Assembly (NCBI GenBank): GCA_052170135.1
Contig: JBQNBC010000002.1
Location: 127,426-191,425 of the forward strand
Direction of reading: 5' to 3'
Length of the DNA: 64,000 nt
Source: Wolinella sp.
Lineage (GTDB): Bacteria > Campylobacterota > Campylobacteria > Campylobacterales > Helicobacteraceae
Shown: in pieces, positions 1-9,885 of the stretch
Numbering within the stretch: position 1 is the stretch's first letter
How the letters are laid out: the number at the start of each line of letters is the position of its first letter
Notes under the pieces: model-generated
Seen by the model: the letters and a program-made list of their open reading frames with translations, nothing else
Database searches by the model: none
What the model was told of the DNA's origin: nothing
Translations under genes and position numbers: made by a program

Positions 1-1792
1 AGATATTTTCACCACTACCAGCTTGTAAAATATCCAAGAATCGCTTCTTGTCCTCCTTAGCAAAGCGGTAAGTCGTACCCTCTGCTGGTGTTGCCTCAAG
101 ATTGTATAGATTCCCGCTTGTTTCCTGATAATCCCTTATTTTTTCACGCATAAACTCCAATATCTCGCACGCCATCTCCATACCACTCGCAGTCGCTATA
201 CTCTCTACATCATCTGTGTAGTTTCGTATCATTTCATTAATTCCATTTACACCGATTGTTGAGAAGTGGTTATTAAAATTTGCCAAATATCGCTTTGTGT
301 ATGGATATAAACCTCTATCAAAAAGCTCATTCACAGTCTTTCGCTTCTTCTCTAGTGTGCTTTTTGATATATCCATAAGCCGCACAAGCTCACTCATAAG
401 CCCATCTCTATTGCCCTTAAAAAGGTATCCAAGTCGCGCCATGTTTATGGTTACCACACCAATACTTCCGGTCATCTCGGCACTTCCAAAAAGTCCACCG
501 CCACGCTTTAGTAGCTCTCGTAAATCAAGCTGTAAGCGACAGCACATACTCCGTACAGCATTTGGCTTATACGCCTCTGGATTCTCCACTAAATTCCCAG
601 AAGAATCGCGCACATACTGACTGCCGATGAAGTTTTGGAAGTAACTACTGCCAATTTTTGCAGTATTTTCAAAAAGCAGATCAGTATTTTCTCCATACCA
701 GTCAAAATCCTCAGTGATATTCACAGTAGGAATCGGAAACGTAAAAGGTTGCCCACTCCTATCACCCTCAGTCATCACCTCATAATACGCTTTCACAATC
801 TGCTTCATCTCTGGCAAAAAGTGCTTATAAGTCATCGATTCTAGTGATGTGGCACCACGTTTTATAGCTAGATTTAAAAGCTCAGAATTACCCACTACAT
901 CGCTAAAGAGGTGGCGATTCTCGCGCGTAGGAATCTGCTCTTTCAAATCCTCTGGCACGACCCAATCAATAGTTATATTTGTAAAAGGACTTTGCCCCCA
1001 ACGTGCAGGGACGTTTAGGTTGTAGATGAAGCTTTTTATAGACTTTTTAATCTCACTAAAAGTAAGCTGATCACGGAAAACATAAGGCGCAAGGTATGTA
1101 TCAAAGCTACTAAATGCCTGTGCGCCAGCCCACTCACTCTGCAAGATTCCCAAAAAGTTTGCCATCTGTCCGAGCGCCTCACGGAAGTGCTTTGGAGGGT
1201 GCGATTCCACTCTTCCACGCACACCATTAAAGCCATCATTCAAAAGTGCACGCAAGCTCCACCCAGCACAATAGCCAGTAAGACAGTCAAGATCATGGAT
1301 GTGTATATCACCGTTCCTGTGTGCATAACCCTCCTCGCGACTATATACCTTGTCCAGCCAATAGTTCGCGATGAGCTTGCCAGCGAGATTATTAACAAGT
1401 CCTGCATTCGAGTAGCCTGTATTTGCATTGGCATTAATTCGCCAATCCTCTTTGTTAATATACTCCTCGACACTCTGCGTTGAGTTGACATAAGTCGTAT
1501 CATCGTTTAGTCCCGCTATGTGTTCGCGTTGCATTTTATGAAGAAATCGATAATTCATAAATGATTTCATCACACCAAAATATCCAGATTTATACAGCTC
1601 CAACTCAATTCTATCTTGTATTACCTCGACGCTATCTAGCCCATCATTTTCGATTCCTTGCATGACTTTAGCAAAGATTTCGCCATCATAAGCAACACTA
1701 ACACTACCAAATGCCTTTTTGATCGCATCCTCAATCTTAAATCCTTGAAACCGCTCTCTCCGTCCATCACGCTTTAAAATCATCTCAACCAT
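1..1792 (-). CDS. nrdD: Anaerobic (class III) ribonucleoside-triphosphate reductase with N-terminal ATP-cone; 3' end lies beyond the left edge
   Basis: Absent from the ORF track because there is no stop in the window. Manual translation from ATG 1792 gives MVEMILKRDGRRERFQGFKIEDAIKKAF (ATP-cone), HIHDLDCLTGYCAGW, RSMCCRL, YNLEATPAEGTTYRFAKED. Confidence 0.95.
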   Translation of the reverse strand, partial: MVEMILKRDGRRERFQGFKIEDAIKKAFGSVSVAYDGEIFAKVMQGIENDGLDSVEVIQDRIELELYKSGYFGVMKSFMNYRFLHKMQREHIAGLNDDTTYVNSTQSVEEYINKEDWRINANANTGYSNAGLVNNLAGKLIANYWLDKVYSREEGYAHRNGDIHIHDLDCLTGYCAGWSLRALLNDGFNGVRGRVESHPPKHFREALGQMANFLGILQSEWAGAQAFSSFDTYLAPYVFRDQLTFSEIKKSIKSFIYNLNVPARWGQSPFTNITIDWVVPEDLKEQIPTRENRHLFSDVVGNSELLNLAIKRGATSLESMTYKHFLPEMKQIVKAYYEVMTEGDRSGQPFTFPIPTVNITEDFDWYGENTDLLFENTAKIGSSYFQNFIGSQYVRDSSGNLVENPEAYKPNAVRSMCCRLQLDLRELLKRGGGLFGSAEMTGSIGVVTINMARLGYLFKGNRDGLMSELVRLMDISKSTLEKKRKTVNELFDRGLYPYTKRYLANFNNHFSTIGVNGINEMIRNYTDDVESIATASGMEMACEILEFMREKIRDYQETSGNLYNLEATPAEGTTYRFAKEDKKRFLDILQAGSGENI

Positions 1793-2400
1793 CACTTCTC
1801 ACTTTCACATTCTTTGCAAATTAATCTACTCTTTTGCGCACTAGTCACAAGCTTTAAAGAATCGCGCTCCATAAAGCATGCATCACAAATACCACTTTTT
1901 ATCTCTATTATCGCTTTTTCTAGCTCCATAAACTCACGTTCAATCAAAGTCAAAACATCTCTTGCACTTGTCACATCTAAAGACTCGCCAACAAGCTCTG
2001 AGCACATGCGACAAGGCTCAAGCGGTTTATCCCTAAAGAATCGAATATCAGAGCGACCAGAAATTGTCTTAAAGCTAAATAGATTCTCCATTGGCAAACT
2101 CGCCATATAGCGTACCATGATATGCCTATCTATAGCTACTCTCATCATCTCTTTACACCCAGCAAAATGATAGAGTGGTGCGCCATACCGCTGAAAGTCA
2201 AGGTCATTTCGCGCCACCTCATGCACAATCGCAGATGAGATAAAGCCATCTGGGAAATGGACAAAAAGCGCGCCCTTAGTCGGTATAAAATCCACCCACG
2301 ATAGCTCAACACCAAAATCGTGAAACCTAGAACGTAAAAACTCTGATAAATTCTCCGTGTGCGCCTCTTTTATACGCGCAATACTATCGATAAAAAACAT
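1792..2400 (-). CDS. Hypothetical Cys-rich protein (three CxxC motifs, possible degenerate HNH/zinc-binding protein)
   Basis: ATG at 2400 overlaps the gmhA stop (TGATG) and its own stop overlaps the nrdD ATG; motifs YHFAGC, CRMC, CDAC, CKEC. Confidence 0.7.
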   Translation of the reverse strand: MFFIDSIARIKEAHTENLSEFLRSRFHDFGVELSWVDFIPTKGALFVHFPDGFISSAIVHEVARNDLDFQRYGAPLYHFAGCKEMMRVAIDRHIMVRYMASLPMENLFSFKTISGRSDIRFFRDKPLEPCRMCSELVGESLDVTSARDVLTLIEREFMELEKAIIEIKSGICDACFMERDSLKLVTSAQKSRLICKECESEK

Positions 2401-2984
2401 CACTCTTTGGCTAGATTTTCCTCGATGATGTGGCAAATTATGTGCGCTAGCATAATGTGCATCTCCTGGATTCTTGGCGTATCATCACTTGGGACTACCA
2501 AATTATATTCGCAAGCTTCATGCATCTTTCCGCCATCTCGTCCGCTAAACCCAACACACACGCAGCCAATCTTCCGCCCCTCCTCAAGTCCTAAAAGTAC
2601 ATTTTGCGAATTGCCACTAGTTGATATCCCTACTAGCATATCACCTTCGCGTGCCAAAGCCTGAACCTGACGAGAAAACACTCGCTCATAGCCATAATCA
2701 TTTCCTATTGCTGTTAGTGCTGATGTATCAGTGGTAAGCGCAATGGCCGGCAGTCCAAGTCGCTCCTTTTTGTATCGCCCTGTTAACTCTGCTGCGATAT
2801 GTTGCGCATCAGCAGCACTTCCGCCATTGCCAAAAAGGAGAATCTTGCCACCATGTTTAAGGCACTCCACCGCCTCATATGCCACTACTTCTACAAGCGG
2901 TGCAAGTTCATGTAAAATCCTATTTGTCACACTTATATGCGCCTTTATCTCCTGCTGAATAAAATTTAAGCTCTCTATACTCAT
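2400..2984 (-). CDS. gmhA: D-sedoheptulose-7-phosphate isomerase
   Basis: [31 protein letters not shown] motifs. Confidence 0.97.
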   Translation of the reverse strand: MSIESLNFIQQEIKAHISVTNRILHELAPLVEVVAYEAVECLKHGGKILLFGNGGSAADAQHIAAELTGRYKKERLGLPAIALTTDTSALTAIGNDYGYERVFSRQVQALAREGDMLVGISTSGNSQNVLLGLEEGRKIGCVCVGFSGRDGGKMHEACEYNLVVPSDDTPRIQEMHIMLAHIICHIIEENLAKE

Positions 2985-2987
2985 TGC

Positions 2988-4418
2988 TTATCCTTTGATC
3001 TTTTTTACCACTGCACTTGTACTATGCCCTTCTAAAAACTCAATCAAATGCACCTCTTTGGCTATCTCACTACCTACCACCTCTTTTCCTGCATAATCAC
3101 CACCTTTCACCAAAACATCCGGGCGTATTGCCTTAATTAGCTCCAAAGGCGTATCCTCATCAAAAATCACAACATAATCTACAGATTCTAAAGCAGCTAG
3201 GACAAAAGCGCGATCATCTTGTGAATTTATTGGGCGACTACTTCCTTTTAGATTCTTAACCGAAGAATCGCTATTAAGCCCAACAATCAGACAATCACCA
3301 TATGCACTTGCCTTTTGTAGATATTGCACATGCCCAGCATGTAAGATATCAAAACAACCATTTGTAAAGACAATTTTTCGCCCTAGATTCCGCATTGCCT
3401 CTGCGATTCTTACAATCGAGTCTCGCTGCAGGATTCTCTCTTCGCTACCACTTTGATGAATGGTATGCAAATACTCAGCTATCTCACTGTGCGTAGCTGT
3501 AGCACTCCCTATCTTGCCGACTACTACAGCAGCAGCTGCATTTGCAAATAACGCACATTCCCTAAGTGGAATCGCGAGCGCAAGCCCATAAGCAAGCGAG
3601 GCGATGACAGTGTCGCCAGCACCGGTTACATCATATACCTCGCGCGCTATAGTCGGGATTTGCTCTATTTCGCGATCCATAATGCCTATTCCATCTTCAC
3701 TTAAAGTAATCAAAGAGTATTCAAGCTCGCACATCTCCTTAAGCTTCCTTAGCGCAGCCTCTAAGCTTAAAGAATCGCAAATCTCAATCCCACTCGCCTC
3801 TTTCGCCTCCTTTTTATTTGGTGTGAGCAATGTAGCGCCACGATATTTTGAGTAGTCGCGCCCTTTTGGATCGATAAGGACTGGCTTCTTCGCAGCTCTA
3901 GCACGCCTTATCGCCTCTTGGCATAGACGTGATGTAAGCACGCCCTTGCCGTAGTCTGAAAGCACCAGCGCATCTATATTTTGGAGATTCTCATCTATAT
4001 ATTTTATTAGGAGTTCCTCAGACTCCTCGCTTATATCCACACGACTCTCCCAATCAACCCGCACTACCTGCTGATGCGATGCGATAACGCGACTCTTTTT
4101 CGTTGTCGCACGCCCATGTTGCACCACCACACCAGCTGTAACCACACCCAATTCCCGCAATAATCCAACCAATTCCAAGCCAACACCATCATCGCCCACT
4201 ACACCGCATGGCAACGCTATCACATCAAGCGAGACTAGATTGTGTATGACGTTACATGCGCCACCTAGTCGCCGACTCTCACGCTTCACGTCAATCACCT
4301 GCACTGGTGCTTCAGGCGAGATTCTTTCGCATTCACCCCAGATATAGTGATCGATCATCAAATCACCGACAACAAGAATCCGTGGTTTTTTAGAAGGATT
4401 CCCAAAGCTAGTTAGCAT
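2988..4418 (-). CDS. hldE: Bifunctional heptose-7-phosphate kinase / heptose-1-phosphate adenylyltransferase
   Basis: PfkB domain (RISPEAPV, DVTGAGDT) plus nucleotidyltransferase domain (FTNGCFDILHAGH). Confidence 0.97.
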   Translation of the reverse strand: MLTSFGNPSKKPRILVVGDLMIDHYIWGECERISPEAPVQVIDVKRESRRLGGACNVIHNLVSLDVIALPCGVVGDDGVGLELVGLLRELGVVTAGVVVQHGRATTKKSRVIASHQQVVRVDWESRVDISEESEELLIKYIDENLQNIDALVLSDYGKGVLTSRLCQEAIRRARAAKKPVLIDPKGRDYSKYRGATLLTPNKKEAKEASGIEICDSLSLEAALRKLKEMCELEYSLITLSEDGIGIMDREIEQIPTIAREVYDVTGAGDTVIASLAYGLALAIPLRECALFANAAAAVVVGKIGSATATHSEIAEYLHTIHQSGSEERILQRDSIVRIAEAMRNLGRKIVFTNGCFDILHAGHVQYLQKASAYGDCLIVGLNSDSSVKNLKGSSRPINSQDDRAFVLAALESVDYVVIFDEDTPLELIKAIRPDVLVKGGDYAGKEVVGSEIAKEVHLIEFLEGHSTSAVVKKIKG

Positions 4419-5416
4419 GAGATTCTCGCACTATGGATTCTTTTAATCTCATTGATGTAGCTCTGTATCCCAGCCTCAAGCGAGAATCTAGGCTCATAGC
4501 CCAAAAACTGCCTAGATGAGGCGATATCCGCCTCTGTATGGTTTTGGAAAAATTTATATGGATTATCGATATATTCGACATCAAAGTCCCCGAGCCAAAG
4601 ATGCAAAGAATCGATAATGTCATTGTATGTGCGTGCCACACCACTACCGACATTATAGACACCACTCTTGATCGCATTCATTGCGCGTACATTTGCTTGT
4701 ACTACATCTTTGATATAGACGAAATCACGTTTTTGCTCACCAAATTTAAAGAGTTTTACCTTTTTTAGCTCAAGCGCTTGAAGTCCAAGCTGAAGTATCA
4801 TCGATGCTGTCTTACCCTTGTAAAACTCACGCTCACCATACACGTTAAAGTAGCGCAAGCCCACGATTCTCATCCCTTTGTACAATTCCATATATCGATA
4901 TGCCAAAGAATCCATCGCAAGCTTGCTAAATCCATATACATTCTCTGGCATCTCATTCACACCGACACTATTTGGCGCGGGAGTATTGCCATAAGTACCG
5001 GCACTCGAAGCATAGATCATGCTCGCACCTTTTCGCACACATAGTTCCAAAAGCTCTCTAAAGGCATTCGTATTACTTCGTATCATAAGCTCCTGATTCA
5101 TTACTGTTGTATCAGAGATGGCCGCTTCGTGAAAAATATAGTCGATAGGATAGTTTTCTAGCTGCGCCAAGTCTATTGGATTATTAATATCACCGGCAAT
5201 CACCTCGCCATCAAAGCCTAGCAGATTCTTAAAATGCCCTAGGCTTGTCGGATTTCCACTTGGAAAACTCTCGCCATCACGAAATTTGTCAAAAACAATC
5301 ACTCGCGCAGCCTCATGATGCTCCCTAAAATAGTGCGCCAAACTACTTCCTATAAAGCCCGCGCCACCAGTAATTAGGATTGTCTTACCAGCTAAACTAT
5401 CATCAATATACTTCAT
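4412..5416 (-). CDS. hldD: ADP-L-glycero-D-manno-heptose 6-epimerase
   Basis: SDR motifs TGGAGFIG, YASSA, YGFSK, LRYFNVYG; lies within the heptose cluster. Confidence 0.93.
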   Translation of the reverse strand: MKYIDDSLAGKTILITGGAGFIGSSLAHYFREHHEAARVIVFDKFRDGESFPSGNPTSLGHFKNLLGFDGEVIAGDINNPIDLAQLENYPIDYIFHEAAISDTTVMNQELMIRSNTNAFRELLELCVRKGASMIYASSAGTYGNTPAPNSVGVNEMPENVYGFSKLAMDSLAYRYMELYKGMRIVGLRYFNVYGEREFYKGKTASMILQLGLQALELKKVKLFKFGEQKRDFVYIKDVVQANVRAMNAIKSGVYNVGSGVARTYNDIIDSLHLWLGDFDVEYIDNPYKFFQNHTEADIASSRQFLGYEPRFSLEAGIQSYINEIKRIHSARISC

Positions 5417-5426
5417 GGTTAATCCT

Positions 5427-5978
5427 TTAGAAAATCTGATTTTCTCTCAAAATTTGCATAAGAAAAGGTAGCGAATCGACACTAAAATCAGGCTTTTTAG
5501 ATTCTTCGTAGCACTCTAGCTCTATGCCACAATCACTAAGAAGAATCGTATGTGCAACCCCAGCTCCTTTTGCCGCGAATATATCACTTGGCTTATCTCC
5601 AATCATCCATGATTCTTCTGGATTAATCCCAAGTTCCAAAATTGCGCGTAAAATCATTCCAGAATTCGGCTTTCTGCACTCACATCCGCTATTTGGCGCG
5701 TGTGGACAAAAGTAGATTTTATCAAGTCCAAATCCAAGCGCGCTCTTAAGCTCATGCTGCATAAAATACGAAATCTCAATAAAATCACGCTCGCTGTAAT
5801 ATCCTCTTGAAATTCCAGATTGATTTGTCACAAGCACAAGTAAAAATCCGCGCTCTTTAAAAAATCTCAAAACATCAAAAATGCCATCCATAAATATCCA
5901 CTCGCTAGCACGATATAGATAGCCAGTATCGACATTTAGCACGCCATCTCGATCTAAAAATAGAGCTTTCTTCAACAT
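5427..5978 (-). CDS. gmhB: D-glycero-D-manno-heptose-1,7-bisphosphate phosphatase
   Basis: HAD motifs FLDRDG, TNQSG, CPH..C.CRKP, IGD; ATG 5978 preferred over TTG 5987. Confidence 0.93.
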   Translation of the reverse strand: MLKKALFLDRDGVLNVDTGYLYRASEWIFMDGIFDVLRFFKERGFLLVLVTNQSGISRGYYSERDFIEISYFMQHELKSALGFGLDKIYFCPHAPNSGCECRKPNSGMILRAILELGINPEESWMIGDKPSDIFAAKGAGVAHTILLSDCGIELECYEESKKPDFSVDSLPFLMQILRENQIF

Positions 5979-6679
5979 AGCGTGCAACCTAAAAGTTTTG
6001 GTGTGTTTAGCCCGCTTGGATCAATGATAAGGTAGTAGCCTTTAAGTGTAGTATATAGCCCGAAAATAGCCACCACAAAGGCGCTCAAACGCATAAAAAG
6101 CCCACGCCATGAGCTATGTATAATCATACTAGCAAAAAACCCCAAAGCAAATAGCGCAGGAATCGTTGCGAGCGCAAAGATTCCCATGCTTAGCGCACCA
6201 TAAAAAATAGAGGCACTACTAGCAGCACTAAGTGCAAAAAAATAGACAAAGCCACACGGCAAGAATCCATTCAAAACCCCAAGTCCATAAAAATTAACCA
6301 TACTTTGACCTTGTAATAGCTTCTTAAAAAGACGTGCAACGATCGAGAATCGAGAAATATCCACCTCAAACATCGCAAGAATCCTTGGTTTAATCGCGAT
6401 TAAAAGTGCAAAAATCATCATCAAAATCCCAACGCAAACAAATAGCAAGCCACGTTGCACCGTACTAGCCGCCACTACCGCGCCAAGAGCACCAAACACC
6501 GCGCCAAGAGCAATATAAGAGCTCGTACGACCAAGGTTATAGAGGATATGCGCAAGTATTCTTTGCCCATTTTGCAACGTCGAGTAAGCAAGCACGATAC
6601 CGCCACACATGCCTATACAGTGTCCAAGGCTCCCCAGAAAAGCCGCTGTAAAAATTGCGTAGTAATCGACACTCTCTAT
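5972..6679 (-). CDS. TauE/SafE (DsbD_2)-family membrane protein; probable ATA start
   Basis: GHCIGMCGG and GFLPCGFVY motifs; GGAGG RBS 6 nt upstream of ATA at 6679. Confidence 0.85.
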   Translation of the reverse strand: MESVDYYAIFTAAFLGSLGHCIGMCGGIVLAYSTLQNGQRILAHILYNLGRTSSYIALGAVFGALGAVVAASTVQRGLLFVCVGILMMIFALLIAIKPRILAMFEVDISRFSIVARLFKKLLQGQSMVNFYGLGVLNGFLPCGFVYFFALSAASSASIFYGALSMGIFALATIPALFALGFFASMIIHSSWRGLFMRLSAFVVAIFGLYTTLKGYYLIIDPSGLNTPKLLGCTLC

Positions 6680-6680
6680 C

Positions 6681-7565
6681 TCACACCTCCCAAATCTCAC
6701 TTGCAAAGCCAATATTGCAAAGATACAACCCATTTGGCGAGGCAGGTATATGCCACGTGCGCTCCCTTCCCTCCAGCTGAGCAAGGAATTGCTCCAAACA
6801 AATATCTCCACGCGAAAGTGCCAAAAGCGCACCAATAAGCAATCTCACCTGAAGTCGCAAAAATCCATTTGCTTCGATATAAAAGACCCAAAATCCACGA
6901 TATTTATAGAGTCTAAGCGTATGGATTTCGCGTATTGTACTGCTTGGCTCACTACCATTTTTATGGAAAAGCACAAAATCATGTCGCCCAATAAGTGCGC
7001 GAAATGCAAGATCTAGCACGCCATCACAAAAATGCGAATCTTCCCCTGCATGAGACGATTTTTCACCAAAGCTATCAGTCTCACATGCAACATCAATAAG
7101 CCCATTAAAATTCGTGCAATTCCCATCACGCACAGCAGAAGAATCTAAAAAAGTACGAATTTCATACAAGCTCCCAGCACGTTCATAGCTCACAAATCTA
7201 GCTTGAAATGGATCTAGCGGAGCGGTCGAGAATATATATCGATATGCGCGATTCTTTGCTTCCCTACGAGGATCTAGACCATCGCGCACTGGATATAGAC
7301 GACGCAGGCGCATATGGGGAGCAAGTTTTTTATTTAGGTGCTGACGTAAAGTCTCCCAATCACTATTATATGAAATCTCAAAGCAGACAGCTTGACGCGT
7401 GGCATGCACACCCCTATCAGTCCGTCCACTAAAACGAGCTGCACTAAATACACCAACACTGCGTAAGATACGCTCAAACTCACCAGCCACGCTAGGTACG
7501 CCATTTTGAATCTGTGAACCAAAAAATGCACTTCCGTCATACTCAAGAATTGCCAATAGCGTCAT
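6681..7565 (-). CDS. truA: tRNA pseudouridine(38-40) synthase with an internal insertion
   Basis: EYDGS.F.GSQ, GRTDRGVHA, NGFLR..VR, NGLYL; ATG 7565 directly follows lptF. Confidence 0.92.
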   Translation of the reverse strand: MTLLAILEYDGSAFFGSQIQNGVPSVAGEFERILRSVGVFSAARFSGRTDRGVHATRQAVCFEISYNSDWETLRQHLNKKLAPHMRLRRLYPVRDGLDPRREAKNRAYRYIFSTAPLDPFQARFVSYERAGSLYEIRTFLDSSAVRDGNCTNFNGLIDVACETDSFGEKSSHAGEDSHFCDGVLDLAFRALIGRHDFVLFHKNGSEPSSTIREIHTLRLYKYRGFWVFYIEANGFLRLQVRLLIGALLALSRGDICLEQFLAQLEGRERTWHIPASPNGLYLCNIGFASEIWEV

Positions 7566-7573
7566 TACTAAAC

Positions 7574-8608
7574 CTAAAAGTAAGGAGCTATTACACGATG
7601 ATACAGCACATACCCAGACACAGACCAAAGCAAAGAGACGATAAGAATCCCAACAAATGGAAAGTAGTTTGACGCAAGATGGACAAGCGCATAAAAGATA
7701 CCTATCGCGATAATAACATAGAAATATGAGTAATTTTTCTGAAATCGTGGATGCATAATGCCTAAAAGTGGCACAAAAAATATGCTAAGAATCGGAAAAA
7801 GCGAGATGATTACTGATGAAGATAGCTTGCGTTTTACTCTATCGCTTGGATTCTCTCCAAAAGCTTGCGCCCAATAGCCAAAAATCCCCATTGCTCTACT
7901 ACTCTCACCACTGCTCATATCGCGTAAAAGCATCTCTTTGTAATTGACACGCTTAATTACAGAATCCTCCTCAAAATAGGCACTACCGCCAAAAAGCTGA
8001 AGCTCCAAAATCCCATGGTTATTTTTAATACTTGCTTCATTCGCAACAATAAGACTCTCCCGCCCATCAAGATCACCAGATGAGAACATAACAACATCAC
8101 CATAGCGTCTCTCGTCATGCAAATCACCGACATAAACGAGCCAATTACCCAAGCGCTGACCAAATTCGGCAGGCTTTAGGTTGATATTTACGTTGCTTTT
8201 TTTCTGCTCCAAGAATCTGTCATAAGATTCATTTGAGAGTGGAGCTAATACCAAAGAGAGTAGCAAGAGCGATACGGATGCAAGTAGAGAAAGCGGTAAA
8301 AATATCATCGCTAAGCGTTTTGGATTTAACCCCAACGAAAAAAGCACGGGTAGCTCATACTCTTGGGAGAGTTTAGATAACGAAATAATAGATGAGGCAA
8401 AAAATGTAACAGGAATCGTAAAAAATACAAGCGTAGGCAACGAATACAAATATAGAGCGAAAAGCTCGCTAAAGCTCACCTTTACAATAAATGTAACGCC
8501 AGCTATCTTTATAAATAAAATAACCGATGAGATAAAAAATAAAACAGTAAAAATCGGGAAAAATAGTTGCGCAAAGCTACCAAAAATATATCGCTTGAGA
8601 CTACCCAT
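7574..8608 (-). CDS. lptF: LptF/LptG-family LPS export permease
   Basis: Three N-terminal TM helices, SKLSQEYELPVLFSLG motif, periplasmic domain, three C-terminal TM helices. Confidence 0.8.
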   Translation of the reverse strand: MGSLKRYIFGSFAQLFFPIFTVLFFISSVILFIKIAGVTFIVKVSFSELFALYLYSLPTLVFFTIPVTFFASSIISLSKLSQEYELPVLFSLGLNPKRLAMIFLPLSLLASVSLLLLSLVLAPLSNESYDRFLEQKKSNVNINLKPAEFGQRLGNWLVYVGDLHDERRYGDVVMFSSGDLDGRESLIVANEASIKNNHGILELQLFGGSAYFEEDSVIKRVNYKEMLLRDMSSGESSRAMGIFGYWAQAFGENPSDRVKRKLSSSVIISLFPILSIFFVPLLGIMHPRFQKNYSYFYVIIAIGIFYALVHLASNYFPFVGILIVSLLWSVSGYVLYHRVIAPYF

Positions 8609-9341
8609 ACAGCTCCTTTAGCAGTAAAAGCACATAAGAATCTAGAAAAAATACAATCAGCGTGCCAAGAAATAGAAAAGGAACAAATGCGATTCTTGGG
8701 TATTTTTTACAAAAGATAAGCATAACAGGAATCGCCAATACTGCCGCGACAAATACCGCCACAAATGCAAGCTTCATGCCAAGAATCGCCCCCATACTTG
8801 CAGCTATAATAATATCTCCCTCGCCCATAGCCTCATTCCTTAAAAAGGATGAAACACCAAAGCGAAGTAATGTAAGCGCACCAGCTAGGATAAAAGCCGC
8901 CTCTAAACTCTCAAAACTAAAGCCATAAATTAGCGCAGCAATAAGCGCTGAGAAGTTCAAAGAATCAGGCACGAACTGAGTCTTCATGTCTATTATGGAT
9001 AGCGATAAAAATAGGGCAAAAGTGATAAAAATTGAAGCCAAACCAGCATTAAAGCCGACCTTAAAATACAAGCAAGCAGCCATAAACATCGAGAGAATCT
9101 CGACAATCGGATAAAGTGGCGAAATCGTCTCGCGACAAAAGGCACACTTGCCACGCAAAACAACATACGAAAATACAGGGATATTATGCCACCAGCGCAA
9201 TGGCGTTAGGCAATGCGGACAGTGCGAGGCTGGAAGTATAATACTATCTCCCTCTGGCATTCTAACGATAATGACATTTAAAAATGAGCCAAAAACAAGT
9301 CCACCAAGCAAAACAATAAACAGCTCAAACGCCTCTACCAA
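8601..9341 (-). CDS. pilD: Prepilin peptidase (A24)
   Basis: GSFLNVII.R, SHCPHC, CAFC zinc motifs; ID and MGEGD catalytic Asp motifs. Confidence 0.9.
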   Translation of the reverse strand: MVEAFELFIVLLGGLVFGSFLNVIIVRMPEGDSIILPASHCPHCLTPLRWWHNIPVFSYVVLRGKCAFCRETISPLYPIVEILSMFMAACLYFKVGFNAGLASIFITFALFLSLSIIDMKTQFVPDSLNFSALIAALIYGFSFESLEAAFILAGALTLLRFGVSSFLRNEAMGEGDIIIAASMGAILGMKLAFVAVFVAAVLAIPVMLIFCKKYPRIAFVPFLFLGTLIVFFLDSYVLLLLKELYG

Positions 9342-9526
9342 GTAAGCTACCTCACGCTAGAAAAATAGTCGCTATTTTACACAAGGCTTACTAAGCTTGC
9401 GGTTAAGTATAAAACATGCACAAAATTTCGAGTCAAACCCGTGTATTCTCGCTACTTTACCAAAGCAAGAATCTCATGTAAAATCAAGGTAATTCTTACA
9501 TAAAAGGAATCAAAGAAGGAGAAAGT

Positions 9527-9826
9527 ATGAAAAATATATTCGTCATAAAGATAACATATACAAAATCCCTAGAGGTCATAGATACGATTCTTCCAGCACA
9601 CAGGGAGTTTTTAGCTAGTGGATACCAAAACGGTGAACTACTGGCCTCTGGGCCAATGACACCACGCATCGGTGGGATTCTCATTGGTATTTTTGAAAAT
9701 CTAAGCAAGGCAAAGATATTTTTTGAGCGTGACCCTTATGCGCTTGAAGGAGCGGCAACGTACGAGTTTTTGGAGTTCACACCAGTCAAGCACGCTGAAG
9801 TGCTTCGTGAATACTTAGGACAATGA
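9527..9826 (+). CDS. YciI-family protein
   Basis: AHREFL...LLASGP...GG...DPY pattern; AAGGAG RBS. Confidence 0.85.
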   Translation: MKNIFVIKITYTKSLEVIDTILPAHREFLASGYQNGELLASGPMTPRIGGILIGIFENLSKAKIFFERDPYALEGAATYEFLEFTPVKHAEVLREYLGQ

Positions 9827-9846
9827 TTTTAAGCTAGCAGAATCAA

Positions 9847-9872
9847 GGAGGAAACTAGCAACGCTTTCCTCC
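9847..9872. terminator. Hairpin between convergent yciI and pilin genes
   Basis: GGAGGAAA-N10-TTTCCTCC inverted repeat. Confidence 0.6.
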
Positions 9873-9885
9873 AGCACTAGAAAAA

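Noticed and set aside
297..1503. Short ORFs on both strands in the ORF track
   Set aside because: Shadows of the continuous nrdD frame, which runs off the window edge.
6681..6835. Long N-terminal extension of the TauE-like ORF from 6835
   Set aside because: Would overlap truA by 155 nt; the RBS and motif spacing point to 6679.
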